A DNA stretch of 64,000 nt from Alphaproteobacteria bacterium (GCA_965214705.1 CBDCCI010000002.1:1152001-1216000); one strand, 5' to 3'. Shown: positions 29,999-38,842, counted from the first letter of the stretch. Numbers and translations: made by a program. Notes: a model not told the origin generated them from the letters alone.

Positions 29999-31316
29999 GA
30001 GACCGCCCGGACCACGGCGCATCCAGGAGCGCCGCCCAGTGCTGGTAGAAATTCAGTTGATTGGTCTCCGAGATGTAGGGCGAGAAGTGTCCGGGGCAGC
30101 CCTCGGGCCCGTCCAGCAACGGCTGGCCCACGTTCATCTGGTAGTTGAAGTCCAGCCGCTGACCCACCACGCCGCGCGTGGCCTCGGTCACCTGCTCGAA
30201 GTTCTCGGTATCGTCCTGCGCGGCGATCCCGCTGACCGCCTGGATACGCGTGAAATCGACCCGCGCCTGCTCCTTGATCACCTTCGGTGCATCGCGGTCG
30301 ACCGCGCACCAGTTCCAGGCCTCCAAACGGTCCGGCCCCTTGGGAATCCAGAGGTAGAAGCCGATCGGCCTAAGCGCGCTGAAGTCGTTGAACGAGAGAT
30401 TGGGGAACATGTTGCTGAACGAGAGCGCGTAGAGGCCGGCCTGATGCTTCGGAAACGCCTTAATGAGCCGCTGCTGGCACTCCTTGACATACTCGACCAC
30501 CTCCGGCCCGTAGGACTCGGCGAGCGCGCGATCCACGTCATAGCGCTCGCCGCCGAAGACGATCCCCGTCATGCCGTGGCCGTTGTCGAGGCCGATGTTG
30601 AAATACTCGTCCTCCTTGCCGCGGAAGCTCGGGTTGGCCGGATTGATCTGCGGGATGTCGAGCTTGTACATCGACCCGTGCGAATAGGGCAGATGATAGG
30701 TGTCGCCCGTAAAGTTCTCGCTCGCGATCTTCCAGTTGGCGTTGAGGGAGTAGCGCTGGACGCCGGGTACGAACTCGATCCCGCCGACGTGGCGCTCGAT
30801 CATCACGTCCAGATACCAGCGAAGATCGCCCAGAAAGTCGTCGAGGCTTTCGGCGCCGGCGTCCCAGTTGCCGAAGATCATGCCGCCGTAGACCGCCAGC
30901 TTCGGCACTTCGAGCAGGCCCCAGCGACTCCGGTCGAGGCGGTCGCCATAGGCATCCCGTTCCAGCGGCACGCCCTTGAGACTGCCGGTGTTGGCGTAGG
31001 TCCAGCCGTGGAAACTGCAGGTGAACTGGCGCGCGTTGCCGCGATCCGCCCGGCAGACCCGCATGCCCCGGTGGCGGCATGAATTGAGAAACGCGCGAAT
31101 CTTTCCGTCGTCGCCCCGGCAGATGAGGATAGGGTCTTCGCCCGTGTAGGACGTCATGTAGTCGCCGGGCTCGGGAATGTGGGACTCGTGCCCGAGGAAC
31201 AGCCAGCAGCGCGCGAAGATGCGCTCGAGCTCTAGCTGGTAGATCTCCGGATCGAAGAAGATCTTGCGGCTGATCAGCCCTTCATCGAGCTTGAGGTGGC
31301 GCTCCAGTCCCTCCAT
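29967..31316 (-). CDS. Rieske aromatic ring-hydroxylating dioxygenase alpha subunit (biphenyl/phenylpropionate type)
   Basis: CRHRG...CSFHGW Rieske motif, NWKIASENFTGDTYH...SH, QDDTEN. Confidence 0.95.
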   Translation of the reverse strand: MEGLERHLKLDEGLISRKIFFDPEIYQLELERIFARCWLFLGHESHIPEPGDYMTSYTGEDPILICRGDDGKIRAFLNSCRHRGMRVCRADRGNARQFTCSFHGWTYANTGSLKGVPLERDAYGDRLDRSRWGLLEVPKLAVYGGMIFGNWDAGAESLDDFLGDLRWYLDVMIERHVGGIEFVPGVQRYSLNANWKIASENFTGDTYHLPYSHGSMYKLDIPQINPANPSFRGKEDEYFNIGLDNGHGMTGIVFGGERYDVDRALAESYGPEVVEYVKECQQRLIKAFPKHQAGLYALSFSNMFPNLSFNDFSALRPIGFYLWIPKGPDRLEAWNWCAVDRDAPKVIKEQARVDFTRIQAVSGIAAQDDTENFEQVTEATRGVVGQRLDFNYQMNVGQPLLDGPEGCPGHFSPYISETNQLNFYQHWAALLDAPWSGRSRGRRRAAAPR

Positions 31317-31515
31317 GAGCCTTCCCCCCTTGCCCCGAGACCGGCGGCACGTGCGCCCGATGGGCTGCAGAAACCCTATCACGGCAGGTCACGGCAGACG
31401 AACGCGCGGGCCTCAGAGCCGTGGTCACGGGCCAGGGGCCGTTGCCGCCCGCATGCTTGACCGGCAAGAGGGCTGCCGATTGAATGCGCTGGTCACGGGG
31501 TTCGGGATTCTCGTC

Positions 31516-31716
31516 GTGATCGACCGCTCAAACCTTCGCGCCTGCCTGTGGGCGATCCTCTATTGCCTGCTGATCGTCGTCGGGTGCGGGGTGATGATCG
31601 AGCAGGGAATTTCGTACTTCGTGGTGGTGCCCGTTGGGCTCTTCGTGTTTCCCCTGCTGGCAAGCCTGCCCTTCGTGATCTGGTTCAGATCCGCCGGCCC
31701 GCCGACGCGAGACTAG
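31516..31716 (+). CDS. Small two-helix membrane protein (about 66 aa), unknown function
   Basis: VIDRSNLRACLWAILYCLLIVVGCGVMIEQGISYFVVVPVGLFVFPLLASLPFVIWFRSAGPPTRD; start uncertain (31453 ATG possible). Confidence 0.55.
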   Translation: MIDRSNLRACLWAILYCLLIVVGCGVMIEQGISYFVVVPVGLFVFPLLASLPFVIWFRSAGPPTRD

Positions 31717-31719
31717 GCG

Positions 31720-31881
31720 GTGTTGGAACACGTTGCCGTCGCTGCTGTCTGCGTGCCGTTCATACTCATGATCGGGGTGTGGAACACCCGGCGACGCTGG
31801 CTGACCCCCGGCGAAGTCCGATTCTGGGGTGTGGCTCTCTTCATCGCGGTCGAGCTCGTGTATCTGGGTGTGGTGTCATGA
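31720..31881 (+). CDS. Small two-helix membrane protein (53 aa), not in ORF track
   Basis: VLEHVAVAAVCVPFILMIGVWNTRRRWLTPGEVRFWGVALFIAVELVYLGVVS; starts 3 nt after previous stop; TGA overlaps ATPase ATG (ATGA). Confidence 0.6.
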   Translation: MLEHVAVAAVCVPFILMIGVWNTRRRWLTPGEVRFWGVALFIAVELVYLGVVS

Positions 31882-32957
31882 CGGACGTGCGTCTGGAGGG
31901 CCTGACCAAGCGCTTCGGTCCGGTCGTTGCGGTCGAATCAGTGGACCTCGCCATCAATTCCGGCGAGTTCGTCGTCTTGGTCGGCCCGTCGGGGTCGGGC
32001 AAGACCACGTGTCTCCGCATGATCGCGGGCCTGGAGACGGTGACCTCCGGCAGCATCTTCATTGGCGACACCGACGTTGCCCAGGTCCATGCCAAGGATC
32101 GCAACGTGGCCATGGTGTTCCAGTCCTACGCGCTCTATCCCCACATGTCGGTGGCGGACAACATGGGCTTTGCCTTGAAGATCAGGAAGTTGCCGCGCGA
32201 CGAAATCGAGAGACGCGTGCGCGAGGTGGCAGCCATCCTCGGGCTCACCCAGGAGCTCCCGCGCAGGCCGAAGACGCTCTCCGGCGGTCAGCAGCAGCGC
32301 GTGGCGCTCGGCCGGGCCATCGTGCGGGACCCAGCGGTGTTCCTGTTCGACGAGCCGCTCTCCAATCTCGACGCCAAGCTCCGCGTCGCCATGCGGAGCG
32401 AGCTCATAAAGCTGCATCATCGCCTCGACACGACGATGATCTACGTGACCCATGATCAGATCGAAGCGATGACCATGGGCGATCGTATCGTCGTGATGCA
32501 CGAGGGAGGCATCCGGCAGGTTGGCACACCCCTGGAGGTCTACGACGACCCCGATGACGCGTTCGTCGCCGGCTTTATCGGGAGCCCGGCCATGAACCTC
32601 ATCGACGGCATGGCGCAATCGGCGGACGGCGTCACCACCTTCCGGACCGACGGGCTGGACATCGGTCTCCCGGTGGAACATCCGGCCACGCGCGGCGGGT
32701 CCGTCACGGTCGGCATCCGGCCCGAGTTCCTGGAGCTGCAGCCGACCAATGGCGCCGTCGCCATCGCGGGACGGGTCGAGGCGGTGGAACATCTCGGTGC
32801 GGACACCATCGTCGAACTCGAGACGGCGGGCCCCACGCTGGTCGCCCGTTTGGCCCGCAACGACGGAATCTCCTACGGCAGCGACATTCACCTGTGGGTC
32901 GATCCGGCCAACGTCATGGCCTTCGATCAGGACTCGGGAATACGCCTTCGCGCCTAA
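31878..32957 (+). CDS. Carbohydrate ABC transporter ATP-binding protein (MalK/UgpC family)
   Basis: GPSGSGKT, VFQSYALYPHM, LSGGQQQR, FDEPLSNLD, YVTHDQ, GFIGSP. Confidence 0.95.
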   Translation: MTDVRLEGLTKRFGPVVAVESVDLAINSGEFVVLVGPSGSGKTTCLRMIAGLETVTSGSIFIGDTDVAQVHAKDRNVAMVFQSYALYPHMSVADNMGFALKIRKLPRDEIERRVREVAAILGLTQELPRRPKTLSGGQQQRVALGRAIVRDPAVFLFDEPLSNLDAKLRVAMRSELIKLHHRLDTTMIYVTHDQIEAMTMGDRIVVMHEGGIRQVGTPLEVYDDPDDAFVAGFIGSPAMNLIDGMAQSADGVTTFRTDGLDIGLPVEHPATRGGSVTVGIRPEFLELQPTNGAVAIAGRVEAVEHLGADTIVELETAGPTLVARLARNDGISYGSDIHLWVDPANVMAFDQDSGIRLRA

Positions 32958-33784
32958 CCCTTGACGGCGCCGAAGGTCAGGCCCTGAACCAGCTTCTTCT
33001 GGATGAAGAAGATGAAGACGAGCACGGGAATGCTCTGGATGATCGAGGCGGAGGCGACCTGGCCCCACTGCGTTCCTGTATGCAGGACCAGTGACGGGAT
33101 CATCACCGTCAGCGGGCGCGTGTCGCCGCCGGTGAGGATCAGGGCGAAGAGCAACTCGTTCCACGAGAAGATCAGGACGAAGATCGAGACGGCGGCGAGG
33201 CCGGGGTAGGTCATCGGCAGGGTGATCTGCAGGAACACCCGGAAATGCCCGCAGCCGTCGAGATAGGCTGCCTCCTCGATCTCGCGCGGCACGTCGTCGA
33301 AGAACGACCGCATCATCCAGACCACCAGAACGAGATTGAACGTGGTGTGCGCCAGGATGACGCCGGCGTAGGTGTTGACGAGGCCGAGATCCCTGAAGAT
33401 CAGGTACATCGGCAGCGCATAGGCCACCGGCGGGCCGAGGCGGGTCGCCAGGATGTAGAAGAAGAGGTGATTGCCCGCCGGTATCTTGAAGCGGGAAAAG
33501 CCGTAGGCCGCGAGTGTTCCGACGAAGACGCAAAGCGCCGTGCTCGAAAAGCCGATGATCACGGAGTTGAGCAGATAACCGTCGAAGCCCTTGTAGATGA
33601 TGTCCATGTAGTTGATCGAGGTGGGGTCGAAGACCCACTTCGGGTCGGGCGAAATCAGCTCGCCGCGCGTCTTGAAGCTGGCCAGCAGAATCCAGATGTA
33701 GGGGATCAGCGCCACCCCCAGCAGCACGAGCAGAGGGACCACGAACGTAACCAGCTTGCGCGTGAAGAGGCTGCGGCCGGTCAT
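32954..33784 (-). CDS. Carbohydrate ABC transporter permease (MalG-like)
   Basis: EAA loop EIEEAAYLDG, FSWNELLFA, QGLTFGAVKG. Confidence 0.93.
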   Translation of the reverse strand: MTGRSLFTRKLVTFVVPLLVLLGVALIPYIWILLASFKTRGELISPDPKWVFDPTSINYMDIIYKGFDGYLLNSVIIGFSSTALCVFVGTLAAYGFSRFKIPAGNHLFFYILATRLGPPVAYALPMYLIFRDLGLVNTYAGVILAHTTFNLVLVVWMMRSFFDDVPREIEEAAYLDGCGHFRVFLQITLPMTYPGLAAVSIFVLIFSWNELLFALILTGGDTRPLTVMIPSLVLHTGTQWGQVASASIIQSIPVLVFIFFIQKKLVQGLTFGAVKG

Positions 33785-34683
33785 GAGGTCTCTTCCACGG
33801 GCTTGGGCTTGCCGCTCACGGTCTTGAAGAAGAGCGCGGCCACCACCAGGGAGGCGAACGCGAGGACAAGGCAAACGGCGGCACCGTAGCCCAGGTCCCA
33901 ACGTATGAAGTTGGTTCGATAGGCGAAGGTCGAGATGACCTCGGTCGCGTTGCCTGGCCCGCCGCCCGTGAGCACGTAGATGGTGTCGAACACCTTGCTG
34001 GCATCGATGCCGCGGAGCATCACCGCGACGACGATGAGCGGAAAGAGCATGGGCAGCTGGATGTGCCGGAAGATCTGCCAGCGGGAGGCGCCATCGATCG
34101 TCGCCGCCTCGATGGGTGCCTGCGGCAGCGCGCTGAGCCCCGCCAGCATGATCAGCATGATGAAGGGCGTCCATTCCCAGATGTCGATGATGATCAGGGC
34201 GCCGAAGGCGGTAATCGGCCCCGAGAAGACGCTGGTTTCCTCGAACAACCCCAGGCGGTTCATATAGACCGTCAGCACCCCAAAACTCGGCATCAGGAAG
34301 AAGCGCCAGATCATGCCGACGACGACGGGCGCGATCATCGTCGGGATCATGAGGATGGTGAGAACGAGCCGGCGGCCCGTGAACTCCCGGTTGATCCAGA
34401 GCGCGATGAGAAGCCCGAGCGCCAGCTCGATCGGGACGGCGATCATCATGAAGATCGCCGTATGAGCCAGCGATCGGTAAAAGTTGCCGTCGGAGCCGAG
34501 CAGGTCGCGGTAGTTGTCGAGCGCCACGAACTGCCCGCGCTTGCTCGGCATGGCCAGCGACAGATCGCGGAAGCTGTCGATGAGGGCGAGCGTGACCGGG
34601 GCAACGGCGACGATAATCAGTAACAGGAGTACCGGGCCCATGCAGAACCACATGAAGGTTCGCGTGGATCCGGTATGGACCAT
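33781..34683 (-). CDS. Carbohydrate ABC transporter permease (MalF-like)
   Basis: DIWEWTPF, EAATIDGA, LTGGGPGNATE. Confidence 0.93.
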   Translation of the reverse strand: MVHTGSTRTFMWFCMGPVLLLLIIVAVAPVTLALIDSFRDLSLAMPSKRGQFVALDNYRDLLGSDGNFYRSLAHTAIFMMIAVPIELALGLLIALWINREFTGRRLVLTILMIPTMIAPVVVGMIWRFFLMPSFGVLTVYMNRLGLFEETSVFSGPITAFGALIIIDIWEWTPFIMLIMLAGLSALPQAPIEAATIDGASRWQIFRHIQLPMLFPLIVVAVMLRGIDASKVFDTIYVLTGGGPGNATEVISTFAYRTNFIRWDLGYGAAVCLVLAFASLVVAALFFKTVSGKPKPVEETS

Positions 34684-35132
34684 CCCGTGCGTGCTCAAGA
34701 GACGATGCCCCCGGCCCTAGGCCAATAACGCCACTGTGCAGAGAGGTTGCGGCACGCCGCGATCGTACTGGGTCGCAATGACACTGGCTCCGTCTCGCCG
34801 TCCCCCAGTCGATCGCGAATCAAAGTTCAGTGGTGGCCAGCCGGTCGCGAGGGGCGTTCGGGTTCCCGTCATTCTAGTGCTGCCCCTCGCGCTGTCGCAA
34901 CGCGACGGCCGCGCCTGAGATGGAGCCAGCGGCAATCGCAACACGCGACAGTCGCGATGCCGAGGATGTCGCAGGCGTGAGCATCGGAGCCCGCACAAGA
35001 GTGTGCTCTACGTGTGAAATGAGCGAGGAGCGCGCGGAGTCTTGTCGCCTCGTCCGGCGCTGGCGTAAGTTGCTTGCGGCGATCGACGAGCCGGTCGATG
35101 GCTGAGCTCCAATCGAGCAAGCGAAGGCCCAG

Positions 35133-35543
35133 ATGAGCACGTCTCTTGCGTCCTATCGCACGGTCGTGAACGTCGAGACCGCGACCTTCGGAGCGGAACC
35201 GCCCCATCGCATGAAGCGCGTGGACCGTTCCGATCGTCCGGCGCGTGGCGGCGTCAGCTACTGCAACATCAGCTACGACGCGGAAGCGGGCGAAGGCTGC
35301 TACCTTATTCGATTTGCGCCAGGGGCCGGTTCGACGCCTCACGAGCACATCGGATACGAGGAGTTCCTGGTCCTCGACGGGACGCTGACCGATTGCGACG
35401 GCACGGTCTACCGCCGCAACGATTTCGTCTCACTTAAGCCGGGCTCGAAACATGTCTCGGTCTCGGAAGACGGTACGACGCTTGCGGTGTTCATCCGCGG
35501 TGGATTTCGCGCACTCGGCGAGACCGAAGACGTTCACCGCTAA
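35133..35543 (+). CDS. ChrR-like cupin domain protein
   Basis: PG....PHEH.GYEEFLVLDG...D...PGSKH. Confidence 0.8.
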   Translation: MSTSLASYRTVVNVETATFGAEPPHRMKRVDRSDRPARGGVSYCNISYDAEAGEGCYLIRFAPGAGSTPHEHIGYEEFLVLDGTLTDCDGTVYRRNDFVSLKPGSKHVSVSEDGTTLAVFIRGGFRALGETEDVHR

Positions 35544-35586
35544 CGGTCGGCAGGGCGCCGATCGCGCGGAGCGATGCCGTTACGCG

Positions 35587-35892
35587 TCAGAAATAGAAAA
35601 GCTGTTCCTGCGTGACGCCTTCATCTCCAAAGCTGATCATGCCGGCCCCGACAGTGTCGCCGACCTGCCATTTGCACCATGCGGTGCCGCCCTCGACCAC
35701 GACATCGGTGATGTCCATCTTGTCGCCGATCTTTCTCAGTTCGGCGATGTAGCCCGGCAGATCGCTCTTGCCGTAGACGGCGCCGTCCTTGTCCAGAAGC
35801 TTGTAGTCGTCCGTCACGTTTGCAGCGATTTCATCAGCGTTCAAGCCGCTGAAACCGCTGGCATATCCACCCAACTTGTCCGCTGCAGACAT
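35587..35892 (-). CDS. Small SnoaL/NTF2-like protein
   Basis: Helix, then TDDY, DVVVEGGTAWCKW, GMISFGDEGV pattern; GGGAG RBS upstream. Confidence 0.6.
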   Translation of the reverse strand: MSAADKLGGYASGFSGLNADEIAANVTDDYKLLDKDGAVYGKSDLPGYIAELRKIGDKMDITDVVVEGGTAWCKWQVGDTVGAGMISFGDEGVTQEQLFYF

Positions 35893-36010
35893 GTCTCTCT
35901 TCTCCCGCGCACATCGTTTCCGTTGTCTCACATAGCGAGGTCAAACTGTCGTCGCGCATCAACCGGCGCCACACAAGCGAAGACGCTCCGGGCCCTTGGC
36001 CGGCGCAGGA

Positions 36011-36880
36011 TCAGGTGCCCGCGCCATTCAGGAACGTGTCGATATCCGGGGTTCGATAGCCGTCGCAGGTCCACAGAACCGGAAAGTAGTTCTCGTCGAT
36101 GGTGTTGTCGCCGAGCCGCTTGTAGCGGCTGTAGATGGAGCCGACGCCTTGCCCCAAGCACTCGGGGACGTAGCGTGTGTCGCTCCGCATGGCGTACAGC
36201 ACCAGAGAGCGACGGGGGATGGCTGCGGTGTTGTCGCCGGAGCCGTGCCAGGTCCAACCGTGATGGAAGGAGCCGCCGCCCTTGGGAACTTCCACGTGGA
36301 CGATTTCCGGCTCGACGCCCTCCTTGGCAGCCGCCTTCTCCATGTACTTGCGGTACTCCTTGGGGCCGTGGAACTCGCCTTCGGGGAGTGAGTGATGCCA
36401 GCGGTGCGATCCGCGCACGAACTCGAGCGTCCCTGCATCGGCCCTGGTGTCGTCGAGCGCCATCCAGCAGCTCAGCAACTCCGTCGGCTGGAACCAATGC
36501 AGATAGGCGTTGTCCTGGTGAAGAGCCAGCGGCCGTGTGCCGGGCGGCTTCCACAGCACGTTGTCCACCATCAAGCGCGCGCCCGGCCAGCCGCCGAGTG
36601 TGGCGATCGCCTTGCCCAGGTCGGCCCTCATGACCACCGATGCGATCGTCCGATCCGCCTTCCATGCGTTGCAGATTTGCCGGGTCAGGGAAGGATCGCT
36701 CTCGCCTTCTTGCCAGTTGACTTCGTCCGGCAGGACTCCGGTTTCGAATTCGCCGCGAAAGAGCTTTTCGTAGCGCTCGCTCACCGCCTCGACCGTCTCG
36801 TCATCGATCAGCTTGTCGACGACCAGAAAGCCGTCTTCGTTGAACCGGTCAATTTGTGCGGGCGTGAGCTCGAATGCCAT
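36011..36880 (-). CDS. Phytanoyl-CoA dioxygenase (PhyH) family protein
   Basis: F.EDGFLV, WKPPG, HQD, WMALDD, GSH.W, WHGSG.N, RRSL. Confidence 0.9.
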   Translation of the reverse strand: MAFELTPAQIDRFNEDGFLVVDKLIDDETVEAVSERYEKLFRGEFETGVLPDEVNWQEGESDPSLTRQICNAWKADRTIASVVMRADLGKAIATLGGWPGARLMVDNVLWKPPGTRPLALHQDNAYLHWFQPTELLSCWMALDDTRADAGTLEFVRGSHRWHHSLPEGEFHGPKEYRKYMEKAAAKEGVEPEIVHVEVPKGGGSFHHGWTWHGSGDNTAAIPRRSLVLYAMRSDTRYVPECLGQGVGSIYSRYKRLGDNTIDENYFPVLWTCDGYRTPDIDTFLNGAGT

Positions 36881-37086
36881 CCGCGCTTCTCCTGCACCCC
36901 GCTAGGGCAAGCAGTCCAGATACATGTTCACATCCCAGTCGGAGACTTGCCAGATGAACTTGTTCCATTCGTCGCGCTTGTACCAATCGTAGACCCTGTA
37001 AAGGTCCCCGGAGAGCGCTGCGCAAACCATGACCTTGATGGGAAAGGCAGGTTAAGATCGGCGCCGAATGCGGGGGAGGGGTTACC

Positions 37087-37842
37087 ATGAAACTTGAAGG
37101 CAAGGCGGCGATCGTCACCGGCTCATCGCGCGGGATCGGCGCCTGTATCGCGCGCCGCTACGGGCGAGAAGGTGCCGCCGTCGCCGTGGTCGGAAACACC
37201 AGGCGCGAGCGCGCCGAGGCGGTGGTCGCCGAGATCGAGGCCGCCGGTGGCAAGGCCCAGGCGTTCATGGCTGATGTCGGCGTGGTCGCCGACTGCGAGC
37301 GGCTGGCGGGGGAGGTGATCGACGCCTTCGGCACGGTGGACATCCTGGTCAACAACGCTGGCATCTTCACGCCGATGCCGATCGAAGAGGTCACGGAGGA
37401 GAACTGGGACGCCCAGCAGGCGCTCAACCTCAAGGGCGCGTTCTTCATGACCAAGGCGGTCGTGCCCACCATGAAAGCCAAGGGTGCCGGCAAGATCATC
37501 AACATCTCCTCCATCGCCGGCTGCGGCGGCTTCCCGCAGTCCGCCGCCTATTGCGCGTCGAAGGGCGGCCTCACCAACATGACCAAGGCACTCTGCCTGG
37601 AGCTTGCGGCCGACGGCATCAACGTGAACGCGCTCTCGCCGGGCAACATCGTCACCGACATGAACGCCGCGCTCCGCGCGGACCCGGACTATGACGCGCG
37701 GCAAGCGGAGCTCACGCCTGCCGGCATCGGCCACATGGACCCGGAGCAGCTCACCGGCGCCGCCGTCTTTCTCGCGTCTGCCGATTCGGACTCGGTCCAT
37801 GGCGCGGACCTTCTGGTGGACAATGGCTGGGCCGCCTGGTAG
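37087..37842 (+). CDS. SDR family oxidoreductase
   Basis: TGSSRGIG, NNAG, YCASKGG, VNALSPG. Confidence 0.93.
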   Translation: MKLEGKAAIVTGSSRGIGACIARRYGREGAAVAVVGNTRRERAEAVVAEIEAAGGKAQAFMADVGVVADCERLAGEVIDAFGTVDILVNNAGIFTPMPIEEVTEENWDAQQALNLKGAFFMTKAVVPTMKAKGAGKIINISSIAGCGGFPQSAAYCASKGGLTNMTKALCLELAADGINVNALSPGNIVTDMNAALRADPDYDARQAELTPAGIGHMDPEQLTGAAVFLASADSDSVHGADLLVDNGWAAW

Positions 37843-37868
37843 CGGCACAAGAACCGAAGAATCAACCC

Positions 37869-38666
37869 ATGACCAACGACATCCTCTACGAGGCGCACGG
37901 CCACGTGCGCCTGATCACCATCGACCGCGCCGCGACGATGAATTCCCTCGACTTCGCGGCCAACGACCGGCTGATCGAGCGCTGGCGCGCGTTCGCCGCG
38001 GACGACGAGGCGCGGGTCGCGGTCATCACCGGCACGGGCGACAAGGCCTTCTGCGCCGGTGCCGACCTCAAGACCTACACGATGAATTATGCATGCCGCC
38101 CGGCGCCCGAGTTTCGTACCCGATTTACCGACGGCCCCGGCTTCGGCGGCATCACGCGCGGGCTCGAGATCGACAAGCCGATCATCGCGGCGGTCAACGG
38201 CTACGCGATCTCAGGCGGGCTGGAGCTTGCCGAGGCCTGCGATATCCGCTTCTGCTCGCCCAACGCCGAGTTCGCCCACCAGGACGTGAACTGGGGCTTC
38301 CATCCCTGCGACGGCGGCTGCGTGCGGCTGCCGCAGATCGTGGGCCTCGGCAACGCCATGGAGATCATCCTCTCAGGGAGGCGCGTCGACGCCGAACACG
38401 CGCTCCGCATCGGCCTCGTCAACCGCATCGTGCCGGGCGCCGATCTCGTGGCGGAGACCATGGAGTTCGCTCAGCTCCTGGCGAGCCGCGCGCCGCTCGC
38501 CCAGCGCTTCGCCAAAGACGTGATGATGCGCGCCTACGACATGCCGCTCGCGGACGCACTCCGCCTCGAATCGCGCTCGTTCCACGACCTCGGCCAGACT
38601 CAAGACCTCAAGGAGGGCACCGACGCCTTCCGCGAGAAGCGTCTGGCCGACTTTAAGGGCAGATAA
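37869..38666 (+). CDS. Enoyl-CoA hydratase/isomerase family protein
   Basis: AFCAGADL, KPIIAAVNGYAISGGLEL, EG..AF.EKR...F.GR. Confidence 0.9.
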   Translation: MTNDILYEAHGHVRLITIDRAATMNSLDFAANDRLIERWRAFAADDEARVAVITGTGDKAFCAGADLKTYTMNYACRPAPEFRTRFTDGPGFGGITRGLEIDKPIIAAVNGYAISGGLELAEACDIRFCSPNAEFAHQDVNWGFHPCDGGCVRLPQIVGLGNAMEIILSGRRVDAEHALRIGLVNRIVPGADLVAETMEFAQLLASRAPLAQRFAKDVMMRAYDMPLADALRLESRSFHDLGQTQDLKEGTDAFREKRLADFKGR

Positions 38667-38693
38667 ACCGCGACCCTGGTGAGAACCGCGGGC

Positions 38694-38805
38694 TAAAGCG
38701 CGTTCGTCTTTGGCGGACGCGCGACAGGCCGCGACTGCGGCCCGCCGCCAATGCGGCGCGCCCGCGCAGGCGCCGGCCGTAGGCCGGCTGCCGTGAGCGA
38801 CAAAT
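38694..38805 (+). repeat. 112-bp multi-hairpin dispersed repeat, copy 1
   Basis: Ungapped manual alignment with 62136-62247: about 99/112 identical. Confidence 0.9.
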
Positions 38806-38807
38806 AG

Positions 38808-38842
38808 TTAGGGCGTTTCCGTGTAAAACGGAAACGCCCTAA
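38808..38842. repeat. Perfect 15-bp inverted repeat with 5-nt loop
   Basis: TTAGGGCGTTTCCGT-gtaaa-ACGGAAACGCCCTAA; includes the stop codon of the minus-strand amidohydrolase. Confidence 0.85.

Noticed and set aside
35133-35543. Cupin as a DMSP lyase (DddK/W/Q)
   Set aside because: Motif pattern fits ChrR-like cupins better; no specific support
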